Below are positions 53,801 to 64,000 of a stretch of DNA of 64,000 bases, piece by piece. The stretch comes from Mytilus californianus (Eukaryota): the NCBI RefSeq assembly GCF_021869535.1, contig NW_026262668.1:6076001-6140000 (forward strand), given 5' to 3'. The position numbers and the translations under genes were made by a program. The notes under the pieces are model-generated. The model saw only the letters and a list, made by a program, of their open reading frames with translations. It was not told the origin of the DNA and made no database searches. Each line of letters opens with the position of its first letter. Positions within the stretch are counted from its first letter, which is position 1.

Positions 53801-54900
53801 TTCGTAAGGAATTCCCATCACTTTGCGGTTGGTTGAAAAGGTTTCAGTCAGGCAAGGAAACCTGTTTAATCTGTGGCGAACCCGAGTCTAAAAGTTTTAT
53901 GAGGTGTAGAACAAAGGGATGTCCATTCGGGTATTGTGTTGAATGTTGGAAAGATGTAAAGGTAAGTAATAACAATTTTTCTGTACCAGGTGCGCATTTT
54001 GACAATAGATGTCTCTTCAGTGACGCTCAAGGCCTAAATATTTGAAAATCCAAAACTTATTAAAAAATGAAGAGCTTTTTTATGCACCAAAAAGGACATA
54101 CAGTAAAGCCAAAGCCGAGAAAGGAATGAGAGCTCTGCATGAGGGAGATAAATTCCTTAATTTTTAAAAATTTTGAAATTTTGAAACATCAAATTTTGAA
54201 AAATTGTAAATATGATTAGATTTAATTAGAATCAGGATTGACTGCTTACACTTGGGAGAAAGTTGCATAATACCCTTACTTACATGACTACTTAATTCCT
54301 TTTAAATCAGATCGAAATGTATGAAATTATCTGCATTTCAAGCGCTGTGTCCGAATTTTGAAGTCAATAGCTTGGAAAGCCTTAGATCTATTAACACATA
54401 TGGGGCATTATAAAAAAAAAATGACATAATTAAAAAGAAAGATTTAAAGTGATCAAGATGAGCAACCAACAACATTTGCATGAACTATGTTAGGTTTTTA
54501 CTCAAGACAGAGGACGAAAAAGCAGACTAAATAATATGAGTAAACCAAACCGTTGTGAAATTGGTCCTTTTAGTTTATATCATAATAAAAGTACCTAATG
54601 TCAATTAAATGGTGTAAGGAATATAAGTATTATGAGTATTGTCAGTCTTTGTCGATTTTCCATATTAATATTATTTTTATTTCATGAGACATGAATAGGA
54701 ACACAAAAGCATACATCGTACACCCTTTTATAATTAAGACATGTGAAAAATTGAAATAACAATTAGTTGACACGATCAAAATAAATCTGGTTCTAACACT
54801 GCCTTTGCAGTTTCGATGCTATGCATGTATGTATGAAGATTTCGACGACAGTGATCTGACTGAAGATGAATCTGAGAGTTCTGGGGAAGAGGAAGTTTGA
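23580..54900 (+). CDS. DCST1: DC-STAMP domain-containing protein 1 (sneaky/SPE-49 family), 17 coding exons, about 786 aa
   Basis: Exons 23580-23817, 24257-24382, 25128-25331, 26762-26901, 34336-34404, 36078-36261, 37027-37164, 38346-38479, 40439-40593, 44453-44552, 45708-45803, 47309-47435, 49421-49537, 52356-52498, 52972-53085, 53776-53961, 54811-54900. All GT-AG with consistent phases, 2361 nt total. DCST1-type motifs: LIPIFFGKEGRSY, GPVQN, LCLPMK, FDNVYI, LLPLKK, CLPRP and a C-terminal Cys-rich RING-like domain. The start codon and any upstream exon are uncertain. Confidence 0.92.
24257..24382 (+). CDS. DCST1: DCST1 exon
   Basis: GCPEGICRF...LGFPFGFLLAY; AG/GT boundaries. Confidence 0.85.
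25128..25331 (+). CDS. DCST1: DCST1 exon (TM segments)
   Basis: GLYYALI...CLLIPIFFGKEGRSYITAIAITFLIS. Confidence 0.92.
25828..26101. mobile_element. Kolobok-type MITE
   Basis: TTAA|GGTGGTACCCAACAC...GTGTTAGGTACCACC|TTAA. Confidence 0.85.
26762..26901 (+). CDS. DCST1: DCST1 exon
   Basis: GPVQNIMDNGKEITRTLACAAEL...KQWQ. Confidence 0.9.
28317..29530 (-). mobile_element. Penelope-like retroelement remnant with inverted 3'-end copy
   Basis: GIHMETNCAPLLADLFLYSYE...FRYINDVL and TKLYDKRDDF motifs. 28317-28470 and 28485-28700 are inverted copies of the 3' region. Confidence 0.8.
30870..31747 (-). pseudogene. Intronless carbohydrate sulfotransferase (Sulfotransfer_2, CHST8-14-like) nested antisense in a DCST1 intron
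   Basis: Signal anchor MCFRRMQIFFILVVISFLILL; 5'-PSB-like SKSGGTFWKR; 3'-PB FVREPRERMLSSYLDK; NPHFEPQ; C-terminal HATNAK...IYSDDYEVFNF. One frameshift (about 31545-31590) and one in-frame TAG (31068-31070). Confidence 0.85.
32722..32767 (+). ncRNA. Degenerate hammerhead ribozyme motif
   Basis: GAGCGTCA-CTGATGC-GTCT TTTGT AGAA-GAAA-CGCGCG-TC-TGGTGC; the core A is mutated. Confidence 0.55.
34336..34404 (+). CDS. DCST1: DCST1 69-nt exon
   Basis: TTTATAG|AEGMYMNKVVNRVDTAFKPMKKE|GTATAG; phase 0/0; fills the expected gap between flanking exons. Confidence 0.75.
35193..35415 (-). mobile_element. Penelope-like RT C-terminal remnant
   Basis: QLIRYSRDCSYYSDF...LMNQGY...LKKFIGRY. Confidence 0.7.
36078..36261 (+). 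CDS. DCST1: DCST1 exon
   Basis: VRDQEDAS...KFRTKMDLQCE; phase fits the next exon. Confidence 0.8.
37027..37164 (+). CDS. DCST1: DCST1 exon
   Basis: VWNEGVLRCRDKF...LLCLPMKMTFFCEIIR. Confidence 0.9.
38346..38479 (+). CDS. DCST1: DCST1 exon
   Basis: IPGAAGMDCD...GFGETY...NLQYK. Confidence 0.88.
40439..40593 (+). CDS. DCST1: DCST1 exon
   Basis: LVQSKEG...LLGFTFLRVIY. Confidence 0.88.
40670..41400 (-). mobile_element. Tandem hammerhead-bearing repeat (retrozyme-like, ~350-nt unit) interrupted by a MITE
   Basis: HHR-like motifs at 40689-40732 and 41041-41077 (352 nt apart). TA-MITE inserted at 41089-41312. Confidence 0.65.
42630..43060 (+). mobile_element. Second retrozyme-like copy, degenerate, opposite orientation
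   Basis: Decayed HHR motifs at 42649-42692 and 42999-43042 (350 nt apart). The body is the reverse complement of 40730-41040. Confidence 0.6.
43117..43753. mobile_element. Inverted pair of tRNA-derived ~300-nt repeat units
   Basis: + copy: A box TGACCGAGTGG (43624) and B box GTTCGAATCC (43690). Minus copy: A box 43345-43335 and B box 43279-43270. Confidence 0.7.
44453..44552 (+). CDS. DCST1: DCST1 exon
   Basis: SYKYNKKYLSDFNFDNVYISDYFKHIDNRRKAQ. Confidence 0.92.
45708..45803 (+). CDS. DCST1: DCST1 exon
   Basis: EKRGLLPLKKSEMKRLVFPW...KKL. Confidence 0.9.
47309..47435 (+). CDS. DCST1: DCST1 exon
   Basis: SKGTFMILMRCFITGIVIYSDYLLF...DYAQF. Confidence 0.88.
49421..49537 (+). CDS. DCST1: DCST1 exon
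   Basis: GKHHIVVRVFGKGFMSNIVR...STNY. Confidence 0.88.
49873..50166. repeat. 31-bp minisatellite, about 9.5 copies
   Basis: Unit AACATCGGTAAACTATTGTCGTCTTAATTTG. Confidence 0.95.
52356..52498 (+). CDS. DCST1: DCST1 exon (last TM)
   Basis: ECLPRPVS...YGLRIRRLVAAFFFRK. Confidence 0.92.
52972..53085 (+). CDS. DCST1: DCST1 exon
   Basis: REKARILYLFNDLYKKR...KTLS. Confidence 0.92.
53776..53961 (+). CDS. DCST1: DCST1 exon (RING-like domain)
   Basis: CLICGEPE...CRTKGCPFGYCVECWKDVK. Confidence 0.92.
53985..54028 (-). ncRNA. Degenerate hammerhead motif
   Basis: GAGCGTCA-CTGAAGA-GAC ATCTATT GTC-AAAA-TGCGCA-CC-TGGT; both GAAA and the cleavage triplet are mutated. Confidence 0.45.
54811..54900 (+). 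CDS. DCST1: DCST1 last coding exon
   Basis: FRCYACMYEDFDDSDLTEDESESSGEEEV*. Confidence 0.88.
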   Translation, partial: FRCYACMYEDFDDSDLTEDESESSGEEEV

Positions 54901-56870
54901 GACACAGGTTAGATTGTTAACAATATCTAGAGTAATGTCTCCCTAGAAGGTGTCTATCTAGAGTAATGTCTCCCTAGAAGGTGTCTATCTAGAGTAATGT
55001 CTCCCTAGAAGGTGTCTAGGGAAGAGGAAGTTTGAGAGATAGGTTAGATTGTTTAAAATATCTATAGTGGTGTCTCCATAGCAAGCGTCTCATTATATTT
55101 TCAGTCACTGGACCCAAAATGTGATCATTAATTCATAAGTACTAAATCGAACGTTGTATTTCAAAGATAGCTAATGTATATTTATAAGATCAGAAAAATC
55201 CCCCAATACACACACTTACATGACCAGACATACACACACACACGTTGAAGAGCGCCTAACAAACACCGATTGTTCCTTTATTTCTTGACAGTGTTTTTTG
55301 TTTTGCCTGTATGTTTTCTAGTTCACTATTTAAGATATTTTATGTATTTACGCCTACTTTCCTTGTCAGTTTAAAACAGCAAGACACACCAAGCCCATTT
55401 AAAGACAATAAAATATCTGGAATTTTAGCCCATTTAAAGACAATAAAAATATCTGAAATTTTAATACAAACACTTTTACTGATAATGCTCAGCGTTTCTT
55501 TGCTTATATTCAGATTAATTCAATAACCTACTTAAGTAAATAATTTTAATTGTTTTATTATATTTATGTTATACAGTAAGTGGATATTTTGCAAATAGGT
55601 GGGTTTAAAATAAAAACTTAGCAAAACAAAATTGTGTTTATTTCAATTTGCATATATTTTGTGAAGTCGTTTATAGTCCAAAGTGGAAGGAACTAAAAAG
55701 GTATATTTCAAGGACTCTGGGGTAAGTTTTTTAAAATACGGTAAAAAAAAATCTGATGGTTTTTTACACAACATACAGAAATTAAATACACTGTATACTG
55801 ATTTAAACAGAATCAGATTGCTGGAATCTAATTTGATGCATATTAAAACTTATAGCTCTGTATAAATGGAATTCGTTAATAAATTAAAGGATATTTATAG
55901 TAACTGTATTGAATTATGATTAAATAAAAAAAATATAAATATGATTACTTATTCTTTTTTTTTTCACCTTCCTATCCAAATAAAGTTGCAAAATCAAAAA
56001 TACGTTACAGCAATGTATTGGTTGGTATATACTTATTTTCAAATATACTTGACATGAAATATGTAATTAAATATCTTTAAACTGATTTGTTCTGAAAATG
56101 AAAACGTTCGAAATAACTGCGAATAAAATCATTTGATCATGATAAATGTAAGGATGTAAATATAAGGAGATGTGATATGATTGCCAAGCGAATTCAAACG
56201 AGAAATACAACGACCAGATCTTTGATTAAACAATAAACGAAAAAAAAATACCGCAGACAACAAACAACGACTTTTACTGCATTACAGTCTTCTGACTAGG
56301 GACAGGTGCATCTAGAACTTTGGCGGTGTTAAAACTATAAAATCGGTTAGAAAGGGTTTTATTCATCAGTTTAGCACGAAGCACGCAACAAAACCGGTGC
56401 ACAATTTCAGAAATTAAGGTCAAGTTCAAAAAGTCATGTATTTATATAAGTGAGTTTCTATCTGTGGAAATACAAATTTAGAGGATGGCCTTTATTCCGT
56501 ATATTTTTAATGCTGAACCACTCATCGGTATTTTAGAATGTTTATCTATTCATTACTTGAAGAAGAAAAAACGTTAAAGATACGTAAAATGGGTGTTCAT
56601 AATTACTTGGTCTAGAATTCATGGTTGCAAAATTTCGTTTTGGTCATACACTCGACTTTTTTTATGATACAATATATATAGTTACTACAACCAGCCATTG
56701 AGTACTTTATTTATGTAGTTGTCTTTTCATGTAAAAATAAACCAAACAGTTGGGATAAGTTATACTTATAGATAAAGCACTTGTTTTAAAACACAATTTG
56801 ACTTATTACACCTATATATATAGATCTAAAACAATATGCATAATGTAACGTAAAAGTATTTATTTTTTAG

Positions 56871-57221
56871 ATGAAAATGTCCGATGAAGAAAGATTTAGA
56901 GATGAAGAAGAGAAGCCAGTTAATATAAAGACTACACTCAATATGACATTACTGAGTTTTGGAAGTGCTCTGTTTGTCAACTATATTGCTGAGATTGTAC
57001 AATTATCAGACCACTTAAATGTACCAAACAAACACATTGCCGTCATTGGAGCAATAGTACTGTCATCAGCAGCAATAACAATGATATTGTTGTATTCACT
57101 GGCGTATATGTTTACAAAAAGAGGACACGAACAGAAAACTATGGTTTTGTTTGTTGTAGCTTTTTCATGCTTGAGTATTGCAATTAGTGCTCTAGGTATT
57201 GTCATTGCTTCTACAGACTAA
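56871..57221 (+). CDS. Small 116-aa membrane protein, about 3 hydrophobic helices
   Basis: Clean ORF with an acidic N-terminus and three hydrophobic stretches. The ATG directly follows a TTTTTTTAG acceptor, implying an upstream exon. Confidence 0.65.
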   Translation: MKMSDEERFRDEEEKPVNIKTTLNMTLLSFGSALFVNYIAEIVQLSDHLNVPNKHIAVIGAIVLSSAAITMILLYSLAYMFTKRGHEQKTMVLFVVAFSCLSIAISALGIVIASTD

Positions 57222-58433
57222 TATCTTTGTTGTAGCTTTTCCGTGCTTGAGTATAGAAATTTGTGCTCTGGGTATTGTAATTGCTGCTACAGACATATCT
57301 TTGTGATATTATTTTAGTGCTTGAGTATAGCAGTAAGTTATGGGTATTGTTATTGTTGTATTAAATGTATTTACTCTGGTTGTAATGTGTATGTTGATTA
57401 ACAATTATATGGTTATATTTTGTAGTATTATAGCAGTAAAACAGAAGTGCTTTTCTTTTTCTTTTTTTCTTCTATAGTTTATAGCAAGAAGACAATCGCC
57501 CCCTCCCCTTTTTGCAGAAAAAAAACTATTTATCGAAAATTTAAAAAAATGAAAATGAAAGAAGACACTGGCAAACTAACTTCTAGACTCTTAGACTATA
57601 GAAAAATTTCCTGTATGTCATTGTTATTTTTTTCCCCACTGTATCATTGGAATAATTTGAGATTTGGGGTACAAATCGAAGTGACAGCAACCAATTGAGA
57701 CCAAAAAACAAAGTATCTTTGAAGTCAACATGCAGTCCTCAACCATTACCAGGTGTCTGTACAACAGGTTCTAACTGACCTCGAGTCTTGAATAGTTGTG
57801 AAGGAATTTTACAGAGAGTATCAAAGGTCTGCTATCAACACAACATTTTCAAAATAACAAAAAAAAATAAGATATGTTTAAAAACAACCCCGGCTCGTGA
57901 ATTGGGACGGCCACATAGAAAGTGTTTGGGGGGGGGGATTATTCTCTGTGATTGGAACATCAGGTTTCCTTTAAATTCCTTTTTTCTTTCTTTTTTTGTG
58001 CTTTTTTTGTTTGTTTTGTTTGTGGTGTGAGGGAAAGGGGATTTTACTGATGCTTTTTTTTTTATAATAAATCAATAAAAACAATTATTCCCTTAACAAA
58101 TTGTTTTTTTAATTCCTTTTACTGTAATTATTTTACAGCAATCTTTCAGTCCATAATCATTTTATTTCTGGTGTCTATCTGTAAAGAAATTCAATGTAAA
58201 TCAATAGTTAGTTATATGATCCAAAAAAAAATATACATGGAGTAATATATCGATATGAATTTACTCTTTATATAGTATCATGAAATATAGAAAAGCAATA
58301 TATTCAAATGACTGTTTTCTTGGAAATATCAAATGTTCTGACATATAGTTATTTTGAAAAATTGAGGGTTAAGTGACTTTATAAAGAGTAAACATCAGTA
58401 ATTGTATTGTCAATCTTTATGTTGAAATGTTAA

Positions 58434-60703
58434 GGGCATACGATACAGTAGAGATCCCTCGTTGATTTTTTCTTTAAATTTTGGTAGAAGGTCAATTTCG
58501 ATGTGTACTTTTGATATATGCAAAGAAAAATATACCTTCATGACTTACTTTTTGAGATAATTTGGTTCGAAATTTGCATATTTGAAGGAAATACCCTGAA
58601 ATTTCATAAATAAGGACTTTTAAGGAAAGTACCAATACTTTTGAACGAACAGTCATAATTTAACCGGGTTTTTTGTAAAATGTTTCCTTGATCTATGGCA
58701 TCAGCATGTTGTAACAAGTTAACGGTTGAAATTAATAATTATATCCTAAATTCTTTTAATACAAGTGAAATAAAGGAGTTGAAAATATTTTTGCGTCTAC
58801 ACTGAAGTGCAGAAAAAATTCTATCGTTGATTTTTTCTTAAAATTTTGGCGGAGCGTTCTTGAAACAGAACTTGATCGATTGCAAAAGAAAAAACTGGGG
58901 GTCCATGTGCTTGTTTTTTTCAATAAAAGCGATAAACCTTAATTTTTATTGGCAAACGGGACGTTTGCCAATAAGGCGCCAAACTACGTTGGAATAAGTT
59001 TTATTTTCAACAACGTCGTGAAATCTTTCCCGCCGTTCACTATACTACGTTGTCAATTTCAGTGGTAGAGCCAATGTGTTTTTTTAAACCAATGATATTA
59101 ATCATGAAAATTAATAAAGCTGGCTCCTCGTAAAATAGCATCATATTTGCCAAACCTTTATGAATTGTTTCGAAACTTGGATAGAAAAGGTATTCTAGTA
59201 AATTACTTTTAGAAAATAAATGTTCGGAAACAAAACAGATATATATAATAAAAAAAATAATAATTTGTATCTCTGTCCGACATTAGTCATACCATTCATG
59301 TAGACAACACAGCTTGAACATAGTAGTAATTATTCAAAAGGCCCCGACATCACAAAATGTGCAACAATTGTAAAGTAAGGGGGGGTGATATAAAAATAAG
59401 GACATTTGGTATGATTGCAAAAGAGACAACTATCAACCATAGTTAAAACGAAGAAGATAAACGCTATTAAAGGTCACCCTACGGCCTTCAACATAAAAAA
59501 AAAAGAAAAAGAAAATGCCACACCGTATAGTCAGCTTTAAAAAGCCCCGACATGAAAATGTGACATAATTCAAACAAGAAAACTTACGACCTACTCTATA
59601 GGCATTACATGAACACAAAATCATACCCACATTAAATCGGGTCAGCTTAGTCAATTACAGTGTAGTATAACATTTCATACAGCAGTCGATATTAGAGCAT
59701 AAAATTTAATGATTCTGTATCAATAGATAAGTTACCTAAGCTTGTCTTCAGGGTATTTTTTTTTATTACGGTACATATAATCATTGAATTACTTGTCTGT
59801 ATTATACCTTCAATCTAGGAGTGAGTGCAACCACATTGTTTGTCCGGTCCAACAAATATTTTGTTTATCTGAGAAACTACTTTACAAAAAGACTTCGTAT
59901 TTGGTCAGTAACTTAACATCAATGAGTTGCAACTCTGGTCTGTCAAATACCTAATTCTTGTGTGCCGATTTTTCTCTCTCAATATGTACATAGAGGATAT
60001 GCTTAGCACATCAACGGGTGCGTTTTTGTTTTTGGTCTATAATACGGGGCTTATAATTGAGTCATTTTAACTGATAATTCTTCTTCATACACTTATATAT
60101 TCCACGGGTTAAATTCTAAAAATGCCGTTAAACTCTTTAATGGACCTTTTCAAAGTCAGAAACAGTAAGATGCGCTGTCATTATTTATTACGTTTTTTCG
60201 TCATTTTGTTGATAGTCTCTTTTAAATTTATCCGTACAATTCTCATTACGATTTAGAGTTAGCCAAATGGTGAAGTTACTATATAATTAATTATGTTTTT
60301 TTTTGTGTAGTTGGGTTTCTCTCTCATCGACGTCTTATGTTTTTCATATCTCTTATTAATTTCGTATATGAAATAACAGACATACAAAATTAAGAATGTG
60401 GATTTGATTTTTTCCCATTCGAAGTTAATATTGTTGACTTCCTTATTAATCATGAATAAATATAACAATTCTCGTGATTTGGCCGATTTTCATTGCAGGT
60501 ACTTTTTTCAAATTCGCGCAATCGGGATTATGACGTCAGTGGATTTCCGCAAATGTGACTACATCTAAAGCGACGTCGCGAAATGTAATCGTTCTTATTA
60601 GAAACATCGCGAAATTTCAACTTTCTGATTAACAACGTCGCGAAAACAACACGAAAAGTTTTGAAAACGTTATTATCTGCCCCTGCTACTGTATCGTATG
60701 CCC
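58434..60703. mobile_element. Kolobok-type non-autonomous element
   Basis: TTAA|GGGCATACGATACAGTAG...CTACTGTATCGTATGCCC|TTAA, an 18-bp perfect TIR. Confidence 0.85.
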
Positions 60704-60707
60704 TTAA

Positions 60708-61045
60708 CCCTTTCGCTGCCAAACAAATTGTATACAAAACCCCTTCAATGCCAAAGCTTTTTTTGATTGTCTTTACGATTACGCAAATAACGTCGACGTC
60801 ATAATACAGGTTTGATAGCGCCAAAAGATTTAAACTGAAAATTGGCGGGAATTCAACCTTTTAATAGTTTATTTTCATATTACCGACTTTTGACTCCGGA
60901 GTTAATAATATTTAGACAGGTTACCTACTCTATTGTAAGATATTCTGGTCCCCGTTCGCGTAAGAGCAACTAGATAAAGTAAATTCAGAGACATATATGT
61001 CTCTGGTAAAATCAAGCTTACAATTGGTAAAACTTTTTTTTTTGG

Positions 61046-61076
<31 letters not shown>

Positions 61077-62310
61077 ATAAACTGATTTATGTTTTCTATA
61101 CATGACAAACTAATTTCACTGATTGTAAGCTTGACCCTACTTCTTTCAGTTGCTCTTACTTGAATAGAGACCACTGAGAAATGTCCTACCACAGAGAAGG
61201 TAACCTGTTTAAAAATCATATACTTCAGAGTCGAAAGTCGGTAATATGAAAAAGAACTATTGCAAATTAAGTTATCACTACTTATAAAAGAAAGTTTGTG
61301 ATTATTCTTTATGAATAATTTCATTACATGAGCTTGGGATACAAAAGTCAAGATTCATATCATACAATCATTTATCAAGAAAGATTTTTTATTCATCAGC
61401 GTTACATCGTCTGCTGTGTTTCTTATGACATGTTTTATGAACAACTTTACGACAGAGAACACATATAATTATATATGTTTCGACCTTTTCCTGCCACCAG
61501 GGACATATCGTACAGAACATACAGAACAATCTTTTTCTTTTCGATCCGGCAATTTTCTCAAATGTTGGTTATTTCTTTCATCATTCAAGACCCCAAGAGA
61601 GGCACGATTTCTTGTCATATGATCTTCGGAAAATGTCATCAATGAATAATTGTATAAAATGGAGGCGAGATCTAACATTGTGAGAGTTCTCTTAATATAA
61701 AACTTCTATCGTACCTTAATATGAAAAATGATGTGTTCTTAATTCTTGACAGGCGTACAATAATTATTCACTGTAATTGTAATTTAAAATTTTATAATTG
61801 TTCACAAAGTTCTGAGGATTGTGTGCGCTTTTTTTTTTCTTTCTTTTTTTAATAAAGACTATTATGGAGGGATAATACGTCGAGAGAAGGGACAAAATAA
61901 TAAATGAGTAAACACATGAACCGATCGAAGTTAGATTTTTTGTACCTCTTGTATCCAACCCCTTGATTTATTATTTCTGTTTAACTATTTGGCCTTTCCT
62001 ATCGTATGCCGTATATATAAATATAGTCTCAAAAATTTGAAGGCAGTAAAGTTTTTTCATTAAAATTTATTCCATGCATAAAAATTCACTGGTGTTTTTT
62101 TAAAGGAACATGGGCTTAAAACTACCTGTTTGTTTTCCAGACAAACTTCTTCATTGAATGAATTGTTGAAAATCAGCATGAAATAGGCAATGGGTCTGGC
62201 ATTTCTCGGCACCATTCTTTTATGTTCTACATTTCTAAAATTGTGTGTGATCCCTAACTTCGGCCGAAGGATAAACTCGAAACCACTTGAAGGGTTAGGA
62301 TAAGCCATAA
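60708..62310 (-). mobile_element. piggyBac remnant, internally deleted
   Basis: TTAA|CCCTTT terminus at 60708. C-terminal Cys-rich domain KEKDCSVCS...VPGGRK...CVLC...H (about 61400-61560). N-terminal PIAYFMLIF...ENKQ (62060-62308). DDD core absent; the other end was not found. Confidence 0.7.
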
Positions 62311-62390
62311 TCCGATGGATGCATTAATGGATGACGTCATTAGCTCAATTACGTCATTAATGTGTGTGACAATATGATGGGCTTAAAATA

Positions 62391-62421
<31 letters not shown>

Positions 62422-62583
62422 TTATGATTATATATTCTCAAAATGTTTATTAAATTGAATAAAATAAATACAGGGGAATATCTATTAAGAAAATCATGAC
62501 CTTGGGAAAGGTTGTTTTAATTGACCACTAAGTTGCATATAACTTTAAAAACATGTTTACATGCAAACCAGATGGTGACATGT

Positions 62584-62842
62584 TGTAATAACAATTAGTT
62601 AAAATCTGGACATACGTGTATTCTACAACTATCAATTTCCAGCTTAGTCAAAACATGTCAATTAGAGTCAACTTAATAGATATTCATCTATGTACCTTTA
62701 GAATTAAAACTATTATTGTCAAATTAATAGAAACTTTGACAAACTGTTATATTCTGTATATATACCTATGTATTTACTGTATGGGACACATCGGCTCATT
62801 TGGCGTAAATAAACTGTTAACTAACTATCTTGTTGTGTTACA
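62584..62842 (+). mobile_element. Probable 5' LTR of a Ty3/Gypsy element
   Basis: TGTAA...TTACA termini and an internal AATAAA. Followed by PBS-like TGGTGTACCGTGCCAGGAC (62852-62870) resembling the complement of a tRNA-Arg 3' end. The second LTR is outside the window. Confidence 0.55.
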
Positions 62843-62932
62843 CAGTCTTTGTGGTGTACCGTGCCAGGACGAATTCTAAAGAAAGGTACAGTGAAATTTT
62901 ATTTGATAATCTTAATTATTATATTCTCAAAA

Positions 62933-63934
62933 ATGGCTGAACAAGAATTTAATGTAGGGTTAGTTTTTCAAAATTTAGCAACACAAGTTCAAAGTCTTAC
63001 TCAAAAATTAACTGCAAACGGTGTCAATTCGATAGTTGAAGGCTTTGATGGTTCAAATTCAGAAAAATATTCTCAATGGATTCGATCCATAGAAAAATAT
63101 GCAATGATTACCAATTTAAATCCGAACGATTGTAAAATGGTATGTTATCAAACTTCTGTAGGGCCAGTAAGTGATTTCATTGCTAGGTGGTTAAGAGAAA
63201 CAGATGCCGGAAATAACAGTTGGGATAATCTAAAAACTCAATTGAATTTTCGTTATGGGCATATTCCTGATGCATCATATGCATTTGAACTTCTGAATAA
63301 GGTTCATCAGAAAGTTGGCGAAAATGTTCCCATATTTGGAGAACGAATTTTAACTTTAGCAACAGATGCTTTTAGAGGGCAAGATATCAACCAACCAATT
63401 GTTCAACTTCAATTAGTTAACTTTTTCATAAACGGGTTGTATCAAGATTATTTGAGAATGAACATAATGCGTGAAAATCCACAAACTTTGGCTCAAGCAG
63501 TAAACTCGGCAATGGCTGAAACGCAATTAAGACGAAAATTTGACTTGAAAAAAAGTAACGGTAATGAGCGTAATATTACACCAATGGACGTATCATATTA
63601 CCGAGAAATAGGTGTAAAATGTAACTATTGTAAGCGATTTGGCCATAAGGCAAAATATTGTAGGGATAATAATGCAAAATTTCATGTAAACACAGTAAGT
63701 TCGCGTGCCGAATAACATGTGCCCCGAAGGAATTTTAATGACAACACGCTAAGTAATAATGTAAATTCATATCCTCCTAGAAGGTTTAATTCTGTCCAAA
63801 ATAATCCTAACTTAACATGACAATCAAGAGGAACATTCTTCTGTTGGAATTGTGGTAAACCAGGTCATTATCAAAGAAATTGTAGAGCAAGACCAAATGA
63901 ACAATTCGGGAAACCAAGAGAAAATTTAAACTAA
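62933..63934 (+). pseudogene. gag: Ty3/Gypsy gag with two CCHC zinc knuckles, two in-frame stops
   Basis: MAEQEF...; CNYCKRFGHKAKYC and CWNCGKPGHYQRNC. TAA at 63713 and TGA at 63818 are in frame. The frame ends NLN* at a TTTAAAC slippery site. Confidence 0.88.
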
Positions 63935-64000
63935 GACGGTCTCTTTATGCTGAAGCCAATAGGGAGACTTTTAAGGGAATAAGGGGAAATAAGATGTTTG

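Noticed and set aside
62290-62298. AAGGG-TTAG as the second piggyBac terminus
   Set aside because: Only 5 bp match the other end, the flank is not TTAA, and it lies within the piggyBac-like N-terminal coding frame.
969-62879. Most of the 60-130 aa ORFs in the supplied track
   Set aside because: They are low-complexity, AT-rich or repeat-derived, with no splice context or domain similarity.

Overview
AT-rich, intron-containing animal genomic DNA; the repeat content suggests a bivalve, probably Mytilus (inferred). The main gene is DCST1 (DC-STAMP-domain protein of the sneaky/SPE-49 family) on the + strand. I reconstructed 17 coding exons by hand from 23580 to 54900 (about 786 aa), all with GT-AG junctions and matching phases. 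One intron holds an antisense, intronless, disrupted carbohydrate sulfotransferase. A small 3-TM ORF lies downstream at 56871-57221. The rest is mobile DNA: hAT, MULE/FLYWCH, piggyBac, Kolobok-type and Tc1-type MITEs, Penelope-like RT remnants, hammerhead-ribozyme (retrozyme-like) repeats, SINEs, minisatellites and the 5' end of a Ty3/Gypsy element cut by the window edge. The most unusual region is 11.4-13.5 kb. It holds two paralogous ~775-bp units in head-to-head orientation that encode a protein family I do not recognise. Each unit is bracketed by its own 11- or 14-bp direct repeat overlapping a TATA/Inr-predicted start site, and the right unit sits directly upstream of a MULE transposase ATG. 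The second most unusual feature is a 2.1-kb element (7130-9240) with GAG..CTC TIRs, a 6-bp TSD and two inverted, diverged coding-like arms. All coordinates and alignments were done by eye; no database searches were run.
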